In this document: positions 8,938 through 18,777 of the stretch, piece by piece
Layout of the letters: every line of letters begins with the position of its first letter
Numbering within the stretch: position 1 is the stretch's first letter
NCBI GenBank assembly: GCA_937891425.1
Contig: CALAGD010000051.1
Location: 9,956-73,955, forward strand
DNA: 64,000 nucleotides
Direction: 5' to 3'
From: an uncultured Pigmentiphaga sp.
Lineage (GTDB): Bacteria > Pseudomonadota > Gammaproteobacteria > Burkholderiales > Burkholderiaceae_B
Notes under the pieces: generated by a model
What the model was told of the DNA's origin: nothing
What the model saw: the letters and a program-made list of their open reading frames with translations, nothing else
The model's database searches: none
Position numbers and translations under genes: made by a program

Positions 8938-9489
8938 ATGGCGCTTCAGCCCATCCCGTCGATAGTCCCGCACTGTACTTGTTGCCGTCGTTTGCATATG
9001 AACCAGGAATGCCTGCGTACCGAATTCCAGAAGCTGATGCGCAAACATCGCATCGGTTCGCTCGCCACCCTCACCGAGCAGGGACAGCCCCTTCTTGCGG
9101 TGACACCCTTTGCCATCAACACAACGGACGGGACGCTCGTCATCCACGTCAGCGAGCTGGGTGCCCACACGCGCAATCTGCTGCAACGGCCGCAGGCCGC
9201 TTTCATGGTCTGTGCGCGTGAACCCGTCGCCGGCCCGGTCCACTCGCTCCCGCGTGCCAGCTTCCAGGTCCATGCGACAGTTCTTGCACGGGGCAGCGCG
9301 CCGTGGAACCAGGCACGCGCGTGCTACCTGACGCGCTTTCCCGATGTGGAGTTCATGATGGACTTTACGGATTTTCACCTGTTCAGGCTGGAGATCGTCC
9401 GCGTACGGCAGATTGCCGGTTTTGGCATCGCAAGAACGCTCCCGGCTAGGACGGCCGTCGCCTGGCTGAAAGAGTCGGACCTGAGCTGA
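8938..9489 (+). CDS. Pyridoxamine 5'-phosphate oxidase-like (FMN-binding split-barrel) family protein
   Basis: ORF 8860..9489; the in-frame ATG 8938 is preceded by GGAGCGATA. Segment RKHRIGSLATLTEQGQPLLAVTPFAI...LVIHVSELGAHTRNL is typical of PNPOx/HugZ-like proteins. Confidence 0.6.
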   Translation: MALQPIPSIVPHCTCCRRLHMNQECLRTEFQKLMRKHRIGSLATLTEQGQPLLAVTPFAINTTDGTLVIHVSELGAHTRNLLQRPQAAFMVCAREPVAGPVHSLPRASFQVHATVLARGSAPWNQARACYLTRFPDVEFMMDFTDFHLFRLEIVRVRQIAGFGIARTLPARTAVAWLKESDLS

Positions 9490-9551
9490 AGAATGAGCAG
9501 AAAGACGTTACCCGTGCGCCCGTCCACCTGGCCAGCTCAATCGCGCCGTTT

Positions 9552-10313
9552 TCACATCTGCCCTGCAAAATGCTGGCACAAATCCAGCCTATCGGTACAA
9601 ATTGCATCAACCCCTGCGCGCAGCAGGGCCTGCGCGTGCTCGATGCTGTTTACCGTGTAGCACATCAGGCCGTACCCGGCGGCCTTTACCGCGGCAATGC
9701 ACGCAGTGCCAACATGTCGGTAGTCGCAATGCAATGCGATGCAGTCAAGCGTCTGCAATTGCTGCATCCAGTCGACCGGCACCTGTTCGACCAGCCAGGC
9801 GCGCGGCAGGTCGGGAGCCACGGCACGTGCAGACTGCAGGGCGTGCTGCGAGAATGAGGACAACAAGAGGGGAGGAAAACTTTGCGTCTGCCGCTGCCAT
9901 GCGGCTACCGCTGCTGCTACCACTTCGCCGGTTTTCGCTTCTTTTCCCCGGGCCGGCTTGATTTCCACGTTCGCCCACAAGCCTTGGCGCCCCAGCCAGT
10001 CGAGCGCCTCGCTGAGGGTGGGTACGGGCTCACCGGCAAAGCGGGGATCGAGCCAGCCGCCCGCATCCTGCTGCCGCAACGTGGCATAGTCGGTTTCGGC
10101 CACATGCCCTTGCAGCGGGATGGTGCGGCCAAATTCCTCGTCATGAATCAGCACGGGCACCCCGTCCGCCGTCAGCATGACATCGAACTCGACGGCGCGG
10201 AACCCGTGGTGATAGGCGGCTTCGAACCCAGCCAGGGTATTCTCAGGCGCCAGCGTACCGCCACCGCGATGCGCCAGCAGCCGGGGGAAGTGCCAGCCGC
10301 GAGGAAGACTCAC
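9552..10313 (-). CDS. ugpQ: Glycerophosphodiester phosphodiesterase (cytoplasmic, UgpQ-like)
   Basis: GDPD motifs HRGGGTLAPENT ... EFDVMLTADGVPVLIHD. No signal peptide. Starts 3 nt after the ugpB-like stop. Confidence 0.85.
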   Translation of the reverse strand: MSLPRGWHFPRLLAHRGGGTLAPENTLAGFEAAYHHGFRAVEFDVMLTADGVPVLIHDEEFGRTIPLQGHVAETDYATLRQQDAGGWLDPRFAGEPVPTLSEALDWLGRQGLWANVEIKPARGKEAKTGEVVAAAVAAWQRQTQSFPPLLLSSFSQHALQSARAVAPDLPRAWLVEQVPVDWMQQLQTLDCIALHCDYRHVGTACIAAVKAAGYGLMCYTVNSIEHAQALLRAGVDAICTDRLDLCQHFAGQM

Positions 10314-10316
10314 GGT

Positions 10317-11612
10317 CTAGCGCTTGCCCGAGAGCACCTGCGTGGTGCGCGCCACGGCATCCGCCTGTGCCTTCATGGGAGGCTTCTGACCATTCAGGGC
10401 GGCCATGGTTTCCTCTGCGAGTATGGCACGCACGGCTGGGTACTGCGTCAGCCGCAGCCCCTGACGCTGCTTGCCCGCATTCGTTTTCACCAGCTGCACC
10501 ACCTGCTGGGCACCGGGGATCTTCTGGTAGAAGGACACGTCGGCAGCACGCGCTGCAGCGTCGGTGATCGGCAGGAAACCGGTTGCCTGGTGCCATTGCG
10601 CAGCGACGGCGGGCTTGGTCAGCCAGGCGATGAAGGATGCGGTCGCCTTCTGCTGCGGCGTCGGGTGCCCGGCCACGACCCAGAAGGACGAACCACCCAC
10701 CAGCGGCGCGCCGGGGGTCTTGTTGGAACTGTCGGGCGTAAACGGCAACGGCGCTACGCCAGCGGAAAACCTGGACTGCCCCAGTTGCGCCCAGGCTCCG
10801 GTGCCGGACGTCAGCACCGCGCACTCGCCCTTCGCAAACAGCGCATCCGGTTCCGTGCCCTCGCTCGCCTGCGTGAGCAGACGCGAACGCACCCAGCTGG
10901 TCATGAGCGCCAGGTGCCGCACGTGCAGCAGGCTGTTGATCAGCAGGGGGGCGGGCGCGCCGTCGAAACCATTGTTGTGGGAGGCGAACGGCTTGTTGTT
11001 CACACTGGCCAGGTTTTCCTGATGGATCCACACGGTGCGGCTGCTGGCATAAGGGCATTGCACCCCCGCCTCCTGCAGCCTGATGAGCTGTTTCTGCAGA
11101 TCGGCCCAGGTTTTCGCCGGCTCGTCAGGGTTCAGTCCCGCCTTCTTGAACAGGTCGCGGTTGTAGAACATGACCGGAATCTCGGCCATGTAGGGCAGGG
11201 CCAGCAGGCGGCCGCGGCTATCACGTACGAAACTGGTGGTCTGCGGCAGGAACCACTGAGCGTCCGCGATGGGGTACTTGGCCAGCAGCTCGTAGAGGGG
11301 CATGATGCGATTGGCCTGCGCCACGGCTTCGGGCGCATGCTGATCAGACAGTTGCACCAGGTGTGGCAGGGGTTTCTTGCTGGCGACGACCTGGCGCAGG
11401 CTGGACTCAAGTGCTTCCATCGTGGGAGCGGCCTGCAGCTTCACGACCACGTCGTCCTGTTCACGATTGAACTGCTTGACCAGCGATTCGAGTGCCGCCT
11501 TGTGCGCAGGTTCGAGCGCATGCCAGACTTCGATGGTTTCCGCGGAGAACACCGGGCTCATGCCTGTGGCCAGCATCGATACTGCAATAAAGCAACGCTT
11601 GACGAGTTTCAC
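10317..11612 (-). CDS. ugpB: sn-glycerol-3-phosphate/glycerophosphodiester-type ABC substrate-binding protein (UgpB-like)
   Basis: Signal peptide (MKLVKRCFIAVSMLATGMSPVFSA). Clear collinear resemblance to E. coli UgpB (FYNRDLFKKAGL.P..PAKTW.DL; NNGFDG; WHQATGFLPIT). GTG start with SD CAGGAGATAAC. Confidence 0.8.
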   Translation of the reverse strand: MKLVKRCFIAVSMLATGMSPVFSAETIEVWHALEPAHKAALESLVKQFNREQDDVVVKLQAAPTMEALESSLRQVVASKKPLPHLVQLSDQHAPEAVAQANRIMPLYELLAKYPIADAQWFLPQTTSFVRDSRGRLLALPYMAEIPVMFYNRDLFKKAGLNPDEPAKTWADLQKQLIRLQEAGVQCPYASSRTVWIHQENLASVNNKPFASHNNGFDGAPAPLLINSLLHVRHLALMTSWVRSRLLTQASEGTEPDALFAKGECAVLTSGTGAWAQLGQSRFSAGVAPLPFTPDSSNKTPGAPLVGGSSFWVVAGHPTPQQKATASFIAWLTKPAVAAQWHQATGFLPITDAAARAADVSFYQKIPGAQQVVQLVKTNAGKQRQGLRLTQYPAVRAILAEETMAALNGQKPPMKAQADAVARTTQVLSGKR

Positions 11613-11635
11613 GTTATCTCCTGATAACCGGATCG

Positions 11636-11656
11636 GGTGACGCTCCTGGCGTCACC
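11636..11656 (-). terminator. Hairpin between dadA and ugpB (possible terminator/attenuator)
   Basis: GGTGACGC-tcctg-GCGTCACC, an 8-bp GC-rich stem about 80 nt downstream of the dadA stop. No clean U-tract. Confidence 0.3.
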
Positions 11657-11736
11657 GGCATCGTTGGAACTGCCCCATCCGCGCTGCCGGAAATCGGGAT
11701 ACGAATGGAGTATAGGGTGTGCTGGAACGGGCGAGC

Positions 11737-12996
11737 TCATGCCCCAAGATAAGGAAATTCGGGTTCGGGCTTGCGTCCCGAGACGATGTCGGCGATGACG
11801 CGTCCGGAGCCCGCCCCCATGGTCCAGCCCAACGTGCCATGCCCCGTATTGAGGAACAGGTTGCGGATGCGCGTGCGGCCAACCAGTGGCACGCCTGACG
11901 GCGTGGTAGGGCGCAGGCCGGACCAGTAATTGGGGGAGTTCAGGTCGAGCACCCCCTCCGGAAACAGCTGGCGCACGATCATGGACAGCGACTCGCACCG
12001 CACCGTGTTCAATGCCCGTGAGTACCCCGACAGCTCGGCCGTACCCGCCACCCGCAGCCGGTCGCCCAGACGCGTCATGACGACCTTGTGGGCGTAGTCG
12101 GTGAGGCTTACGGCAGGTGCCCGCGCTGGGTCGAGAACGGGAAAGGTTGCGGAGTAGCCCTTGGTGGGGTAGACCGGGCACCCGATGCCCAAGGGCCGCA
12201 GCAACGCGGGAGACTCCGACCCCAGCGCAACCACGAAGGCATCGCCCCGGATGCGTACATAGTGGCCATCGGGGCCAATGGCTTCGACCGCATGCACGCG
12301 TCCGCCCTCGGCAAGCAGACGCGTAACTTGCGTGGAGAACATGAACTCCACACCCTGCCGTTGCGCATGCGCGGCGAGCTCGACGGTGAACCGGTGTGCA
12401 TCGCCGCTTTCGTCGGTGGAGGTGTAATCGCCGCCGACGATCAGTTCCCGCCGTGCAGCCAGGGCCGGCTCGATGGCGATGGCCTCATCGGCTGACACGA
12501 TACGCCGGTCGACACCCAGGTCGCGCATGATGCTGGCCGCGCGCTGGGCGTGTTCGAAATCCTGCTGGCGCCGGTAAAACGTCAGTATGCCGCGCTCGAG
12601 CCCATCGTACTGCAGCTGCAGTTCGGCCCGCATTTCCTTCAGCGTACGCAGGCTGTACTGGGCGAGCTGCAACATCGCACGCACATTGGGTTCCAGGCGC
12701 CCCGGCAGGCATTCGCGCAGGAAGCGGACACCCCAGAGCCATTGGGCTACGTCAGCGCGCGGTCGAAACAGAAGGGGCGAGTCGTCGCGCAGCATCCACT
12801 GCAAGATGCGCAAGGGGGCCTGGGGATTGGCCCATGGCTCGGCGTAGGAAACCGAGAGCTGGCCCCCATTGGCAAAACTGGTTTCCCGGGCGGGCCCGGC
12901 GGCGCGATCAACGACGACCACCTCGTGCCCGGCCTGTCGCAACCACCAGGCACTCGATGTTCCGATGATGCCACTACCGAGAACGACAACCTTCAT
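11737..12996 (-). CDS. dadA: D-amino acid dehydrogenase (FAD-dependent)
   Basis: N-terminal Rossmann motif MKVVVLGSGIIGTSSAWWL..GHEVVVVDR; 419 aa, DadA-like throughout. SD AGGAGCAGCA-ATG. Confidence 0.85.
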   Translation of the reverse strand: MKVVVLGSGIIGTSSAWWLRQAGHEVVVVDRAAGPARETSFANGGQLSVSYAEPWANPQAPLRILQWMLRDDSPLLFRPRADVAQWLWGVRFLRECLPGRLEPNVRAMLQLAQYSLRTLKEMRAELQLQYDGLERGILTFYRRQQDFEHAQRAASIMRDLGVDRRIVSADEAIAIEPALAARRELIVGGDYTSTDESGDAHRFTVELAAHAQRQGVEFMFSTQVTRLLAEGGRVHAVEAIGPDGHYVRIRGDAFVVALGSESPALLRPLGIGCPVYPTKGYSATFPVLDPARAPAVSLTDYAHKVVMTRLGDRLRVAGTAELSGYSRALNTVRCESLSMIVRQLFPEGVLDLNSPNYWSGLRPTTPSGVPLVGRTRIRNLFLNTGHGTLGWTMGAGSGRVIADIVSGRKPEPEFPYLGA

Positions 12997-13072
12997 TGCT
13001 GCTCCTATGGCATGCGTTCAAATATTGTTGCACGCCCGCCAGGCAAATCGTAGCGTCGGAAATAAACAACTT

Positions 13073-14116
13073 TCAGGCGAGGTTGGCGGTATCGGCCAGC
13101 GACGTGAAGGCATCCGCGTAGAACTCGTCCTCCGGCAGCTGGCAATGCTCGATGAAATCGTGCCGGGCGGCAGCCACCATGGCAGGCGCACCGCAAGCAT
13201 ACACCTGGAACCCCGCCAGCGACGGCAAATCTTCCATGACGGCGCGGTGTACCCAACCCGTGCGCCCCTGCCAGTGGTCTTCGGCAAGCGCATCCGAAAC
13301 CACCGGAATGTATTCGAAATCTGGCAAGGAGGCAGCCCATTCGCGCGCCAGCGCGTCCATGTAGAGATCGCGCGGCCGGCGGCCACCCCAGTAGAACCGC
13401 ACCGGACGCCGGATGCCGGCATGAACCATGTGCTCGACCATGGCTTTCACCGGAGCGAATCCGGTTCCACTGGCCAGGAATATGATGGGCTTGTCGGAGC
13501 CCTCACGCAGGAAGAACGACCCCATCGGCAGCTCGCAGCGCAGGATGTCGCGTACCTTGAGCGCCGGTTCCTTTACGCCGAACACCTGGTCGGTGAACAG
13601 ACCACCAGGCATGTGCCGGATGTGCAGCTCGATGCGGCCCTCGACGTGCGGTGCACTGGCCATGGAGTAGCTGCGGCGCTCGCCCCCCTTCAGGACGAAC
13701 TCCAGGTACTGCCCGGCACGGAATTCGATGCGCTGCGAGGCGGGCAACTGCAGGGTGACGATCATGACATCGTCAATCACGCGCTCGAGGCTGGCCACGC
13801 GTACCGGAATCTTCCGAATCGTGATGCCCTCGACACCCTCGACCACGCGCGCCTGAATGGTCAGGTCGGACTCCGCCGTGGCGCAGCACAGCAGGGCATA
13901 GCCCTGAGCCTGCTCTTCGGCGCTGAGGCAATCAGTCTGGTGCGGCCCTTGGGCAATCGTGCCCTCGACGATACGGGCCTTGCAGGTGGAACATGCCCCG
14001 GCCTTGCAACTGTACGGAAGCGACACGCCCGCCGCGAGTGCGGCATCCAGAATGTTTTGTCCGGGCTCAACGGTGAACTCGCGCCCGGCCGGCATCACGG
14101 TGATTCGATGACTCAT
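13073..14116 (-). CDS. 2Fe-2S ferredoxin / FNR-family NAD(P)H oxidoreductase (CDP-6-deoxy-delta-3,4-glucoseen reductase-like)
   Basis: Plant-type ferredoxin motif CKAGACSTCKARIVEG...LLCC, followed by an FAD (RSYSMAS) and NAD-binding (FLASGTGFAPV) reductase module. Start placed at MSHRITV (ATG 14116) rather than the ORF start 14224. Confidence 0.7.
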   Translation of the reverse strand: MSHRITVMPAGREFTVEPGQNILDAALAAGVSLPYSCKAGACSTCKARIVEGTIAQGPHQTDCLSAEEQAQGYALLCCATAESDLTIQARVVEGVEGITIRKIPVRVASLERVIDDVMIVTLQLPASQRIEFRAGQYLEFVLKGGERRSYSMASAPHVEGRIELHIRHMPGGLFTDQVFGVKEPALKVRDILRCELPMGSFFLREGSDKPIIFLASGTGFAPVKAMVEHMVHAGIRRPVRFYWGGRRPRDLYMDALAREWAASLPDFEYIPVVSDALAEDHWQGRTGWVHRAVMEDLPSLAGFQVYACGAPAMVAAARHDFIEHCQLPEDEFYADAFTSLADTANLA

Positions 14117-14278
14117 CGCACTGACATACCTGGGGAAAAACGCGTCCGGCACGAGGGCTCGGAGCGCACGGTGGGGATGACGGGGAAGGCTGACCATCAA
14201 CAGGGAAAGCAACCGACACGGCACGCCTTCGACAGCGTGGATGCCCGCAGCGCGCGGCCGAGGCCAGCAGAAACAGCG

Positions 14279-14641
14279 TCAGAACTTGCGGATTTCCTTG
14301 ACGCGGTTGTTCGCGTCAACCAGCACGACCTTGGGCTTGTAGTCGGCAACATCGGATTCCGACATCGGGGCGTAAGTGCAGATGATGAGGTGATCGCCCA
14401 CGTGTGCGCGGCGTGCCGCCGCACCGTTCAGCGAAATCTCGCCACTGCCGCGCGGGGCCTTGATGATGTAGGTTGAAAACCGCTCGCCGTTGTTGACGTT
14501 GTACAACTCTATGCGCTCGAATTCTTTCATGTCGGCCGCATCGAGCAGGTCTTCGTCGATACCGCACGATCCCTCGTAATCGAGATCGGCCTGCGTAACG
14601 GTAACGCGATGCAGCTTGGCGCGCAGCATGACACGTTGCAT
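14279..14641 (-). CDS. panD: Aspartate 1-decarboxylase
   Basis: MLRAKLHRVTVTQADLDYEGSCGIDEDLL...ISLNGAAAR with the self-cleavage G|S site; 120 aa. Confidence 0.95.
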   Translation of the reverse strand: MQRVMLRAKLHRVTVTQADLDYEGSCGIDEDLLDAADMKEFERIELYNVNNGERFSTYIIKAPRGSGEISLNGAAARRAHVGDHLIICTYAPMSESDVADYKPKVVLVDANNRVKEIRKF

Positions 14642-14825
14642 GAAAAAGGGCTCCTAGGATGAAACAGGCAAACTGCGACGTCGGAAGCGTGCAGGCGGCA
14701 AGCCGCTTCGTGAGACCGTCGCGGCGCGTAATGCGCCATTTTATAGTGTTTGTGCGCCCTTCGCCGGGGCGCCGCCCGTTTTACCGAAGCCTGGCGGCGA
14801 CGGCCCACGGCCGTCGCAGGCAACC

Positions 14826-15752
14826 TCAGGCGCGCCCGATGCGGGTCGGCTCCAGGGGCTCGATTGCCCGAATCGTTCCGCGCGCAGCGAGAAATTCGGG
14901 GCGCGGTGCCAGCCCGAACTTCGGCGCTTCGAGGATGTTCTCCATGCTGTTGTACACCATGAACACATTGGAGCGTGGCCACGGGGTGATGTTGCCGTTC
15001 GATCCATGCATGGCATTGCAGTCGAAGAACACCACGGAGCCCGCCTTGCCAGCCATGGTGCGAATGCCGCCCTGCTCAACCAGGAACTGCAGGCTGAATG
15101 GGTCAGGCACGCCGTACTCCTGCCTGCGCAGCGACTCCTTGTAATGTTCTTCTGGCGTTTCTCCTACGCACGAAATGAAGTATTTGTGCGAGCCCGGAAT
15201 GATCATGAGCGGACCATTCTCGGGGACGTTGTCGGTAAGCAGCACCGAACAGCTGAGCGCACGCATCCGCGGCATTCCATCCTCGATGTGCCAGGTCTCG
15301 AAGTCGGAATGCCAGTAGAACTCTTTCCCCTTGAAGCCTGGCTTGAGGTTTGCACGCGATTGATGCACGTATACCTCCGAGCCGAGGATCTGCCGCGCGA
15401 TGTTCACCAGGCGTGCATCGCGGCTGAGCCGCGCCAGCACCGGGCTGATTTCATGCACCCGAAAAATCGAACGTACCGCATTGCTGCCGGGTTCGCGGAT
15501 GACTTCCTCGCGTTGCCGTATCGCCGGGTCGACAGCCATGCGCTCGACCTCGCGCATCAGGGCCGCCACTTCCTGGGGCGAGAAGAACTCTTCAAGAAAC
15601 AGGAAACCATCCCGCTCGAACGCCGCGATCTGCTCGTGGCTGGCACCTGCCGCATAGGTGCCTCCGCCGTACACGACCGGATCCTGCCGCGCGATGATGG
15701 CGGCGTCGCGGTCGGTGCGTGAAAGGTACAGGTCGTGTGCCGGACGAATCAT
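14826..15752 (-). CDS. ectD: Ectoine hydroxylase
   Basis: EctD signature [18 protein letters not shown]. Start at [12 protein letters not shown] (ATG 15752) overlaps the ectC stop by 4 nt; the longer ORF to 15902 is rejected. Confidence 0.9.
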   Translation of the reverse strand: MIRPAHDLYLSRTDRDAAIIARQDPVVYGGGTYAAGASHEQIAAFERDGFLFLEEFFSPQEVAALMREVERMAVDPAIRQREEVIREPGSNAVRSIFRVHEISPVLARLSRDARLVNIARQILGSEVYVHQSRANLKPGFKGKEFYWHSDFETWHIEDGMPRMRALSCSVLLTDNVPENGPLMIIPGSHKYFISCVGETPEEHYKESLRRQEYGVPDPFSLQFLVEQGGIRTMAGKAGSVVFFDCNAMHGSNGNITPWPRSNVFMVYNSMENILEAPKFGLAPRPEFLAARGTIRAIEPLEPTRIGRA

Positions 15753-16180
15753 CGCTCTGCCTCCTGCAGTTCGTTTGCCTGCGCCCCGGCCAATTCCTCG
15801 ATCAGCGGGTACACGCCGTTCTCGTCGTGCACTTCCTGGCCGGTGAGCGGAGGATTGAACACACAAATGACGCGCAAGGGCTCCTTGCCGCCACGCAGCC
15901 AATGCTCGTCGTGTTCGTTCAAGGCATAGACGACACCCGGACCCAGCGCATACTTCTTGCCGTCAGCAATGGTCTCGATTTCGCCGTCGCCCTCGATGCA
16001 GAACACCGCCTCCAGGTGGTTCCGGTAGTGAATGCGCGTTTCCGTTCCCGGGAAAATGATGGTCTCATGGAACGAAAATCCCATACCGTCCTTCTTGAGC
16101 AGCACGCGCCGGCTGGTCCAGTTTTCGGTGCGAACTTCGTTCTCGGTACCGATGATGTCCCGGATGTGTCTGACGATCAT
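15749..16180 (-). CDS. ectC: L-ectoine synthase (cupin)
   Basis: [16 protein letters not shown]...[49 protein letters not shown] is typical EctC; 143 aa. Confidence 0.95.
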   Translation of the reverse strand: MIVRHIRDIIGTENEVRTENWTSRRVLLKKDGMGFSFHETIIFPGTETRIHYRNHLEAVFCIEGDGEIETIADGKKYALGPGVVYALNEHDEHWLRGGKEPLRVICVFNPPLTGQEVHDENGVYPLIEELAGAQANELQEAER

Positions 16181-16192
16181 GAAAACCTCCTC

Positions 16193-17497
16193 TTAACGAC
16201 TGCCGAACTTCAACACGCGAGCGACCGCGGACGTGCTGCGATCGGAAAGCAATTCGGCTACACACTGGTCGATGATCTCCAGGCCGCGGCGCAGCTGCTC
16301 ATCGGAGATGGTGAGCGCCGGCAGGAACTTCACCACCTCATCGTTCGGACCAGACGTCTCGATGATGAGGCCCCGCTCGAAGGCCCGCCGGGCGACGCGC
16401 GCCGCAAAACCCGGCGTGTCGCACACCAGCCCCTGCATCAGCCCGCGCCCGCGTACGCTGAGTCCCGCACCCGGATAGCTGTGCACCATGTTCTCGAGAA
16501 AATCGCGGGTGAGGTTCTCCTTGCGCTGGATCTCCCGGGCAAACACCGGATCGGTCCAGTAAGCACGCAATGCTTCAGCCGCGGTTACGAAAGCAAGGTT
16601 GTTGCCACGGAATGTGCCACTGTGCGCGCCCGGCTTCCAGACGTCCAGCTCGGGCTTGAACAGCACCAGCGACATGGGCAGCCCATAACCCGAGAGCGAT
16701 TTCGACAGCGTGATGATGTCGGGCTCGATGCCGGCGGGCTCGAAGCTGAAGAAGCTGCCCGTGCGGCCGCAGCCAGCCTGAATGTCGTCGACGATGAGCA
16801 GCATGTCGTGCTCGCGGCATACGCGCTGCAGATCGCGCAGCCAGCGCAAGGACGCCACATTGATGCCACCCTCGCCCTGCACCGTCTCCACGATTACGGC
16901 CGCAGGCTTGTCGAGCCCGCTTGAGCGGTCTTCCAGCATGCGCTCGAGATACACGATGGTATCGACATCCGGACCGAAATAGCCGTCATAGGGCATGAAC
17001 GTGATATTTCCCAACGGGGCGACGGCCGCTTCACGAAACTTGGCGTTGGCCGTGGCTGCGAGCGATCCGCCGCTGACGCCGTGAAACCCGTTGGTAAACG
17101 AAATGATGTTGGTACGCCGCTTTACCTGGCGCGCAAGCTTGAGTGCCGCTTCGACTGCGTTGGTGCCGGTTGGCCCCGTGAACTGGAACGTGTAGCGCCA
17201 GGTGCGCGGCTTGAGGATGACGCGCTCGAACGTTTCCAGAAACTCGCGCTTGGCCGCGGTGGCCATGTCGAGGCCGTGCACCACCCCGTCGCGTTCAAGG
17301 TATTCAAGCAGCTTCCGCTTGAATATGGGATTGTTATGACCATAATTCAGCGTACCGGCGCCAGCAAAGAAGTCGATATACTCGCGTCCGGCCTCATCCA
17401 CCAGAGTGGAGCCTTTTGCCTGCTTGAACACCGTGGGGAAGGAACGCACGTAACCGCGAACTTCCGATTCCAGTCGTTCAAAGGTTTTAAGGTCCAT
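16193..17497 (-). CDS. ectB: Diaminobutyrate-2-oxoglutarate transaminase
   Basis: Class III aminotransferase with an EctB-like N-terminus MDLKTFERLESEVRGYVRSFPTVF. Start taken at ATG 17497 rather than the ORF start 17563. Confidence 0.95.
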   Translation of the reverse strand: MDLKTFERLESEVRGYVRSFPTVFKQAKGSTLVDEAGREYIDFFAGAGTLNYGHNNPIFKRKLLEYLERDGVVHGLDMATAAKREFLETFERVILKPRTWRYTFQFTGPTGTNAVEAALKLARQVKRRTNIISFTNGFHGVSGGSLAATANAKFREAAVAPLGNITFMPYDGYFGPDVDTIVYLERMLEDRSSGLDKPAAVIVETVQGEGGINVASLRWLRDLQRVCREHDMLLIVDDIQAGCGRTGSFFSFEPAGIEPDIITLSKSLSGYGLPMSLVLFKPELDVWKPGAHSGTFRGNNLAFVTAAEALRAYWTDPVFAREIQRKENLTRDFLENMVHSYPGAGLSVRGRGLMQGLVCDTPGFAARVARRAFERGLIIETSGPNDEVVKFLPALTISDEQLRRGLEIIDQCVAELLSDRSTSAVARVLKFGSR

Positions 17498-17575
17498 CGT
17501 TGTTTCTCCTTTATGGGGAGGCCCGGGACATTTGTGCTGCCTCCCGTGAACGGGAGGGAACACAGATACCCCCTG

Positions 17576-18103
17576 TCAATTGAGCGGGCCAATGATCAAA
17601 AGAATTTCGTCTTCATGTTCGGCATTCGCACCGAACATTGACCGCGTAAAGAGCGGTTTTTCTTGAATTTCGACACCAAACTTACGCGCGAAACGCTCGA
17701 ACATCGCGCGCGAAGCCTGGTTGGAGGGGGAAACCGTGCTGTGGAAATAGCGCACTGCGCTGATTCCGGGCCGCTGCAGCAGGTGCTGCAACATTGCCGT
17801 GCCCAGCCCGTGCCCACGCGCGTCGGCGTGTACCGCCACCTGCCACACGAAGAAAACGTCGGGCTGTTGTGGAGGGATGTATCCGGACACGAACCCGACC
17901 AGGCGGTCGCCATCACATGCCACCACGCAGGTGTCCTTGAAATGATGGCATAAAATAAGGTAGAGATAGACCGAGTTGATGTCGAGTGGCGGGCAGGCCG
18001 CGATCAATGCGTGAATATGCGCACCGTCGGTTATTTCGGGCCGGCGCAGGAGGAGATTGCGACTCTGCGCCGGCAACGTCTGTGAAGCTGTATCGGGCAC
18101 CAT
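17576..18103 (-). CDS. ectA: L-2,4-diaminobutyrate acetyltransferase (GNAT)
   Basis: GNAT fold with EctA-like LRRPEITDGAHIHALIAACPPLD.NS.Y.YL and VAVHADARGHGLG. Immediately upstream of ectB. Confidence 0.9.
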   Translation of the reverse strand: MVPDTASQTLPAQSRNLLLRRPEITDGAHIHALIAACPPLDINSVYLYLILCHHFKDTCVVACDGDRLVGFVSGYIPPQQPDVFFVWQVAVHADARGHGLGTAMLQHLLQRPGISAVRYFHSTVSPSNQASRAMFERFARKFGVEIQEKPLFTRSMFGANAEHEDEILLIIGPLN

Positions 18104-18105
18104 GA

Positions 18106-18654
18106 CTACACTGCCAACCCGGACTCGGCCGGGGCATCGGACGGCGGCACATCGAGCAGAGGCGGATTCTCGTTGTGCACGTCGTGGCCCTGGTCGCAGA
18201 CCTCGGGTTGCCGTTTTTCAAGGATGTCGACAATGCGCTCGAGCGATAGCGTAATGGTCGCCTGCTCGAGCTCGGGAAGCTCGTTGAGGGCCGCCGCCAG
18301 CGTCTGTTGCAGTGGCGAGGGCGCCGACCTGGCCAGTTCCATGCCGGCGGGCGTGGCGGATACGAACACGATGCGGCGATCTTCACGGCCGCGCTCGCGT
18401 CGGATCAGCCCCTTTTCCTCAAGACGATCGAGTATGCCCACGACCGTGCTGGCACTGACATGAATTTCCCGGCTGATGGCCGTAGCGGTAATGGGGCCGT
18501 TGGCAATGATCGTATGCAGACACACCAGCTGCGGGGCGGTGATGTTGCTGCACGCCGCCAGCTGTTTGGAATGTAGCGCGATGGCACGCGTGATGCGGCG
18601 CAACGCGCGAAGGATTCGAAGGTCGTACTGCTGGGTGCGAGAGGATGGATTCAT
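18106..18654 (-). CDS. ectR: MarR-family transcriptional regulator, EctR-like, in line with ectA
   Basis: Winged-helix MarR core (ITAPQLVCLHTIIANGPITATAISREIHVSASTVVGILDRLEEKGLIRRERGREDRR). Stop TAG lies 2 nt before the ectA ATG. Start taken at MNPSS (18654). Confidence 0.7.
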   Translation of the reverse strand: MNPSSRTQQYDLRILRALRRITRAIALHSKQLAACSNITAPQLVCLHTIIANGPITATAISREIHVSASTVVGILDRLEEKGLIRRERGREDRRIVFVSATPAGMELARSAPSPLQQTLAAALNELPELEQATITLSLERIVDILEKRQPEVCDQGHDVHNENPPLLDVPPSDAPAESGLAV

Positions 18655-18747
18655 GTCGGTTCCTCGGACTGAACTCGTAGCTTGCCTTTGGAGATAGTAC
18701 CGGCGCCGTGCCACGCAACAAGCGTTTTGTGCACTGGCGATCTGCCC

Positions 18748-18777
18748 TCAATTGAGTTCATCCGCATTGATTTCAAT
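18748..18777. promoter_or_regulatory. Candidate operator/promoter palindromes upstream of ectR
   Basis: TCAATTGA (18748-18755) and ATTGA-tt-TCAAT (18766-18777) lie in an AT-rich island about 95-125 nt upstream of the ectR ATG, within otherwise GC-rich DNA. Confidence 0.25.

Noticed and set aside
15753-15902. 50-codon N-terminal extension of ectD
   Set aside because: It would overlap ectC by 150 nt. The EctD family N-terminus begins at [12 protein letters not shown], and that ATG forms the usual 4-nt overlap with the ectC stop.
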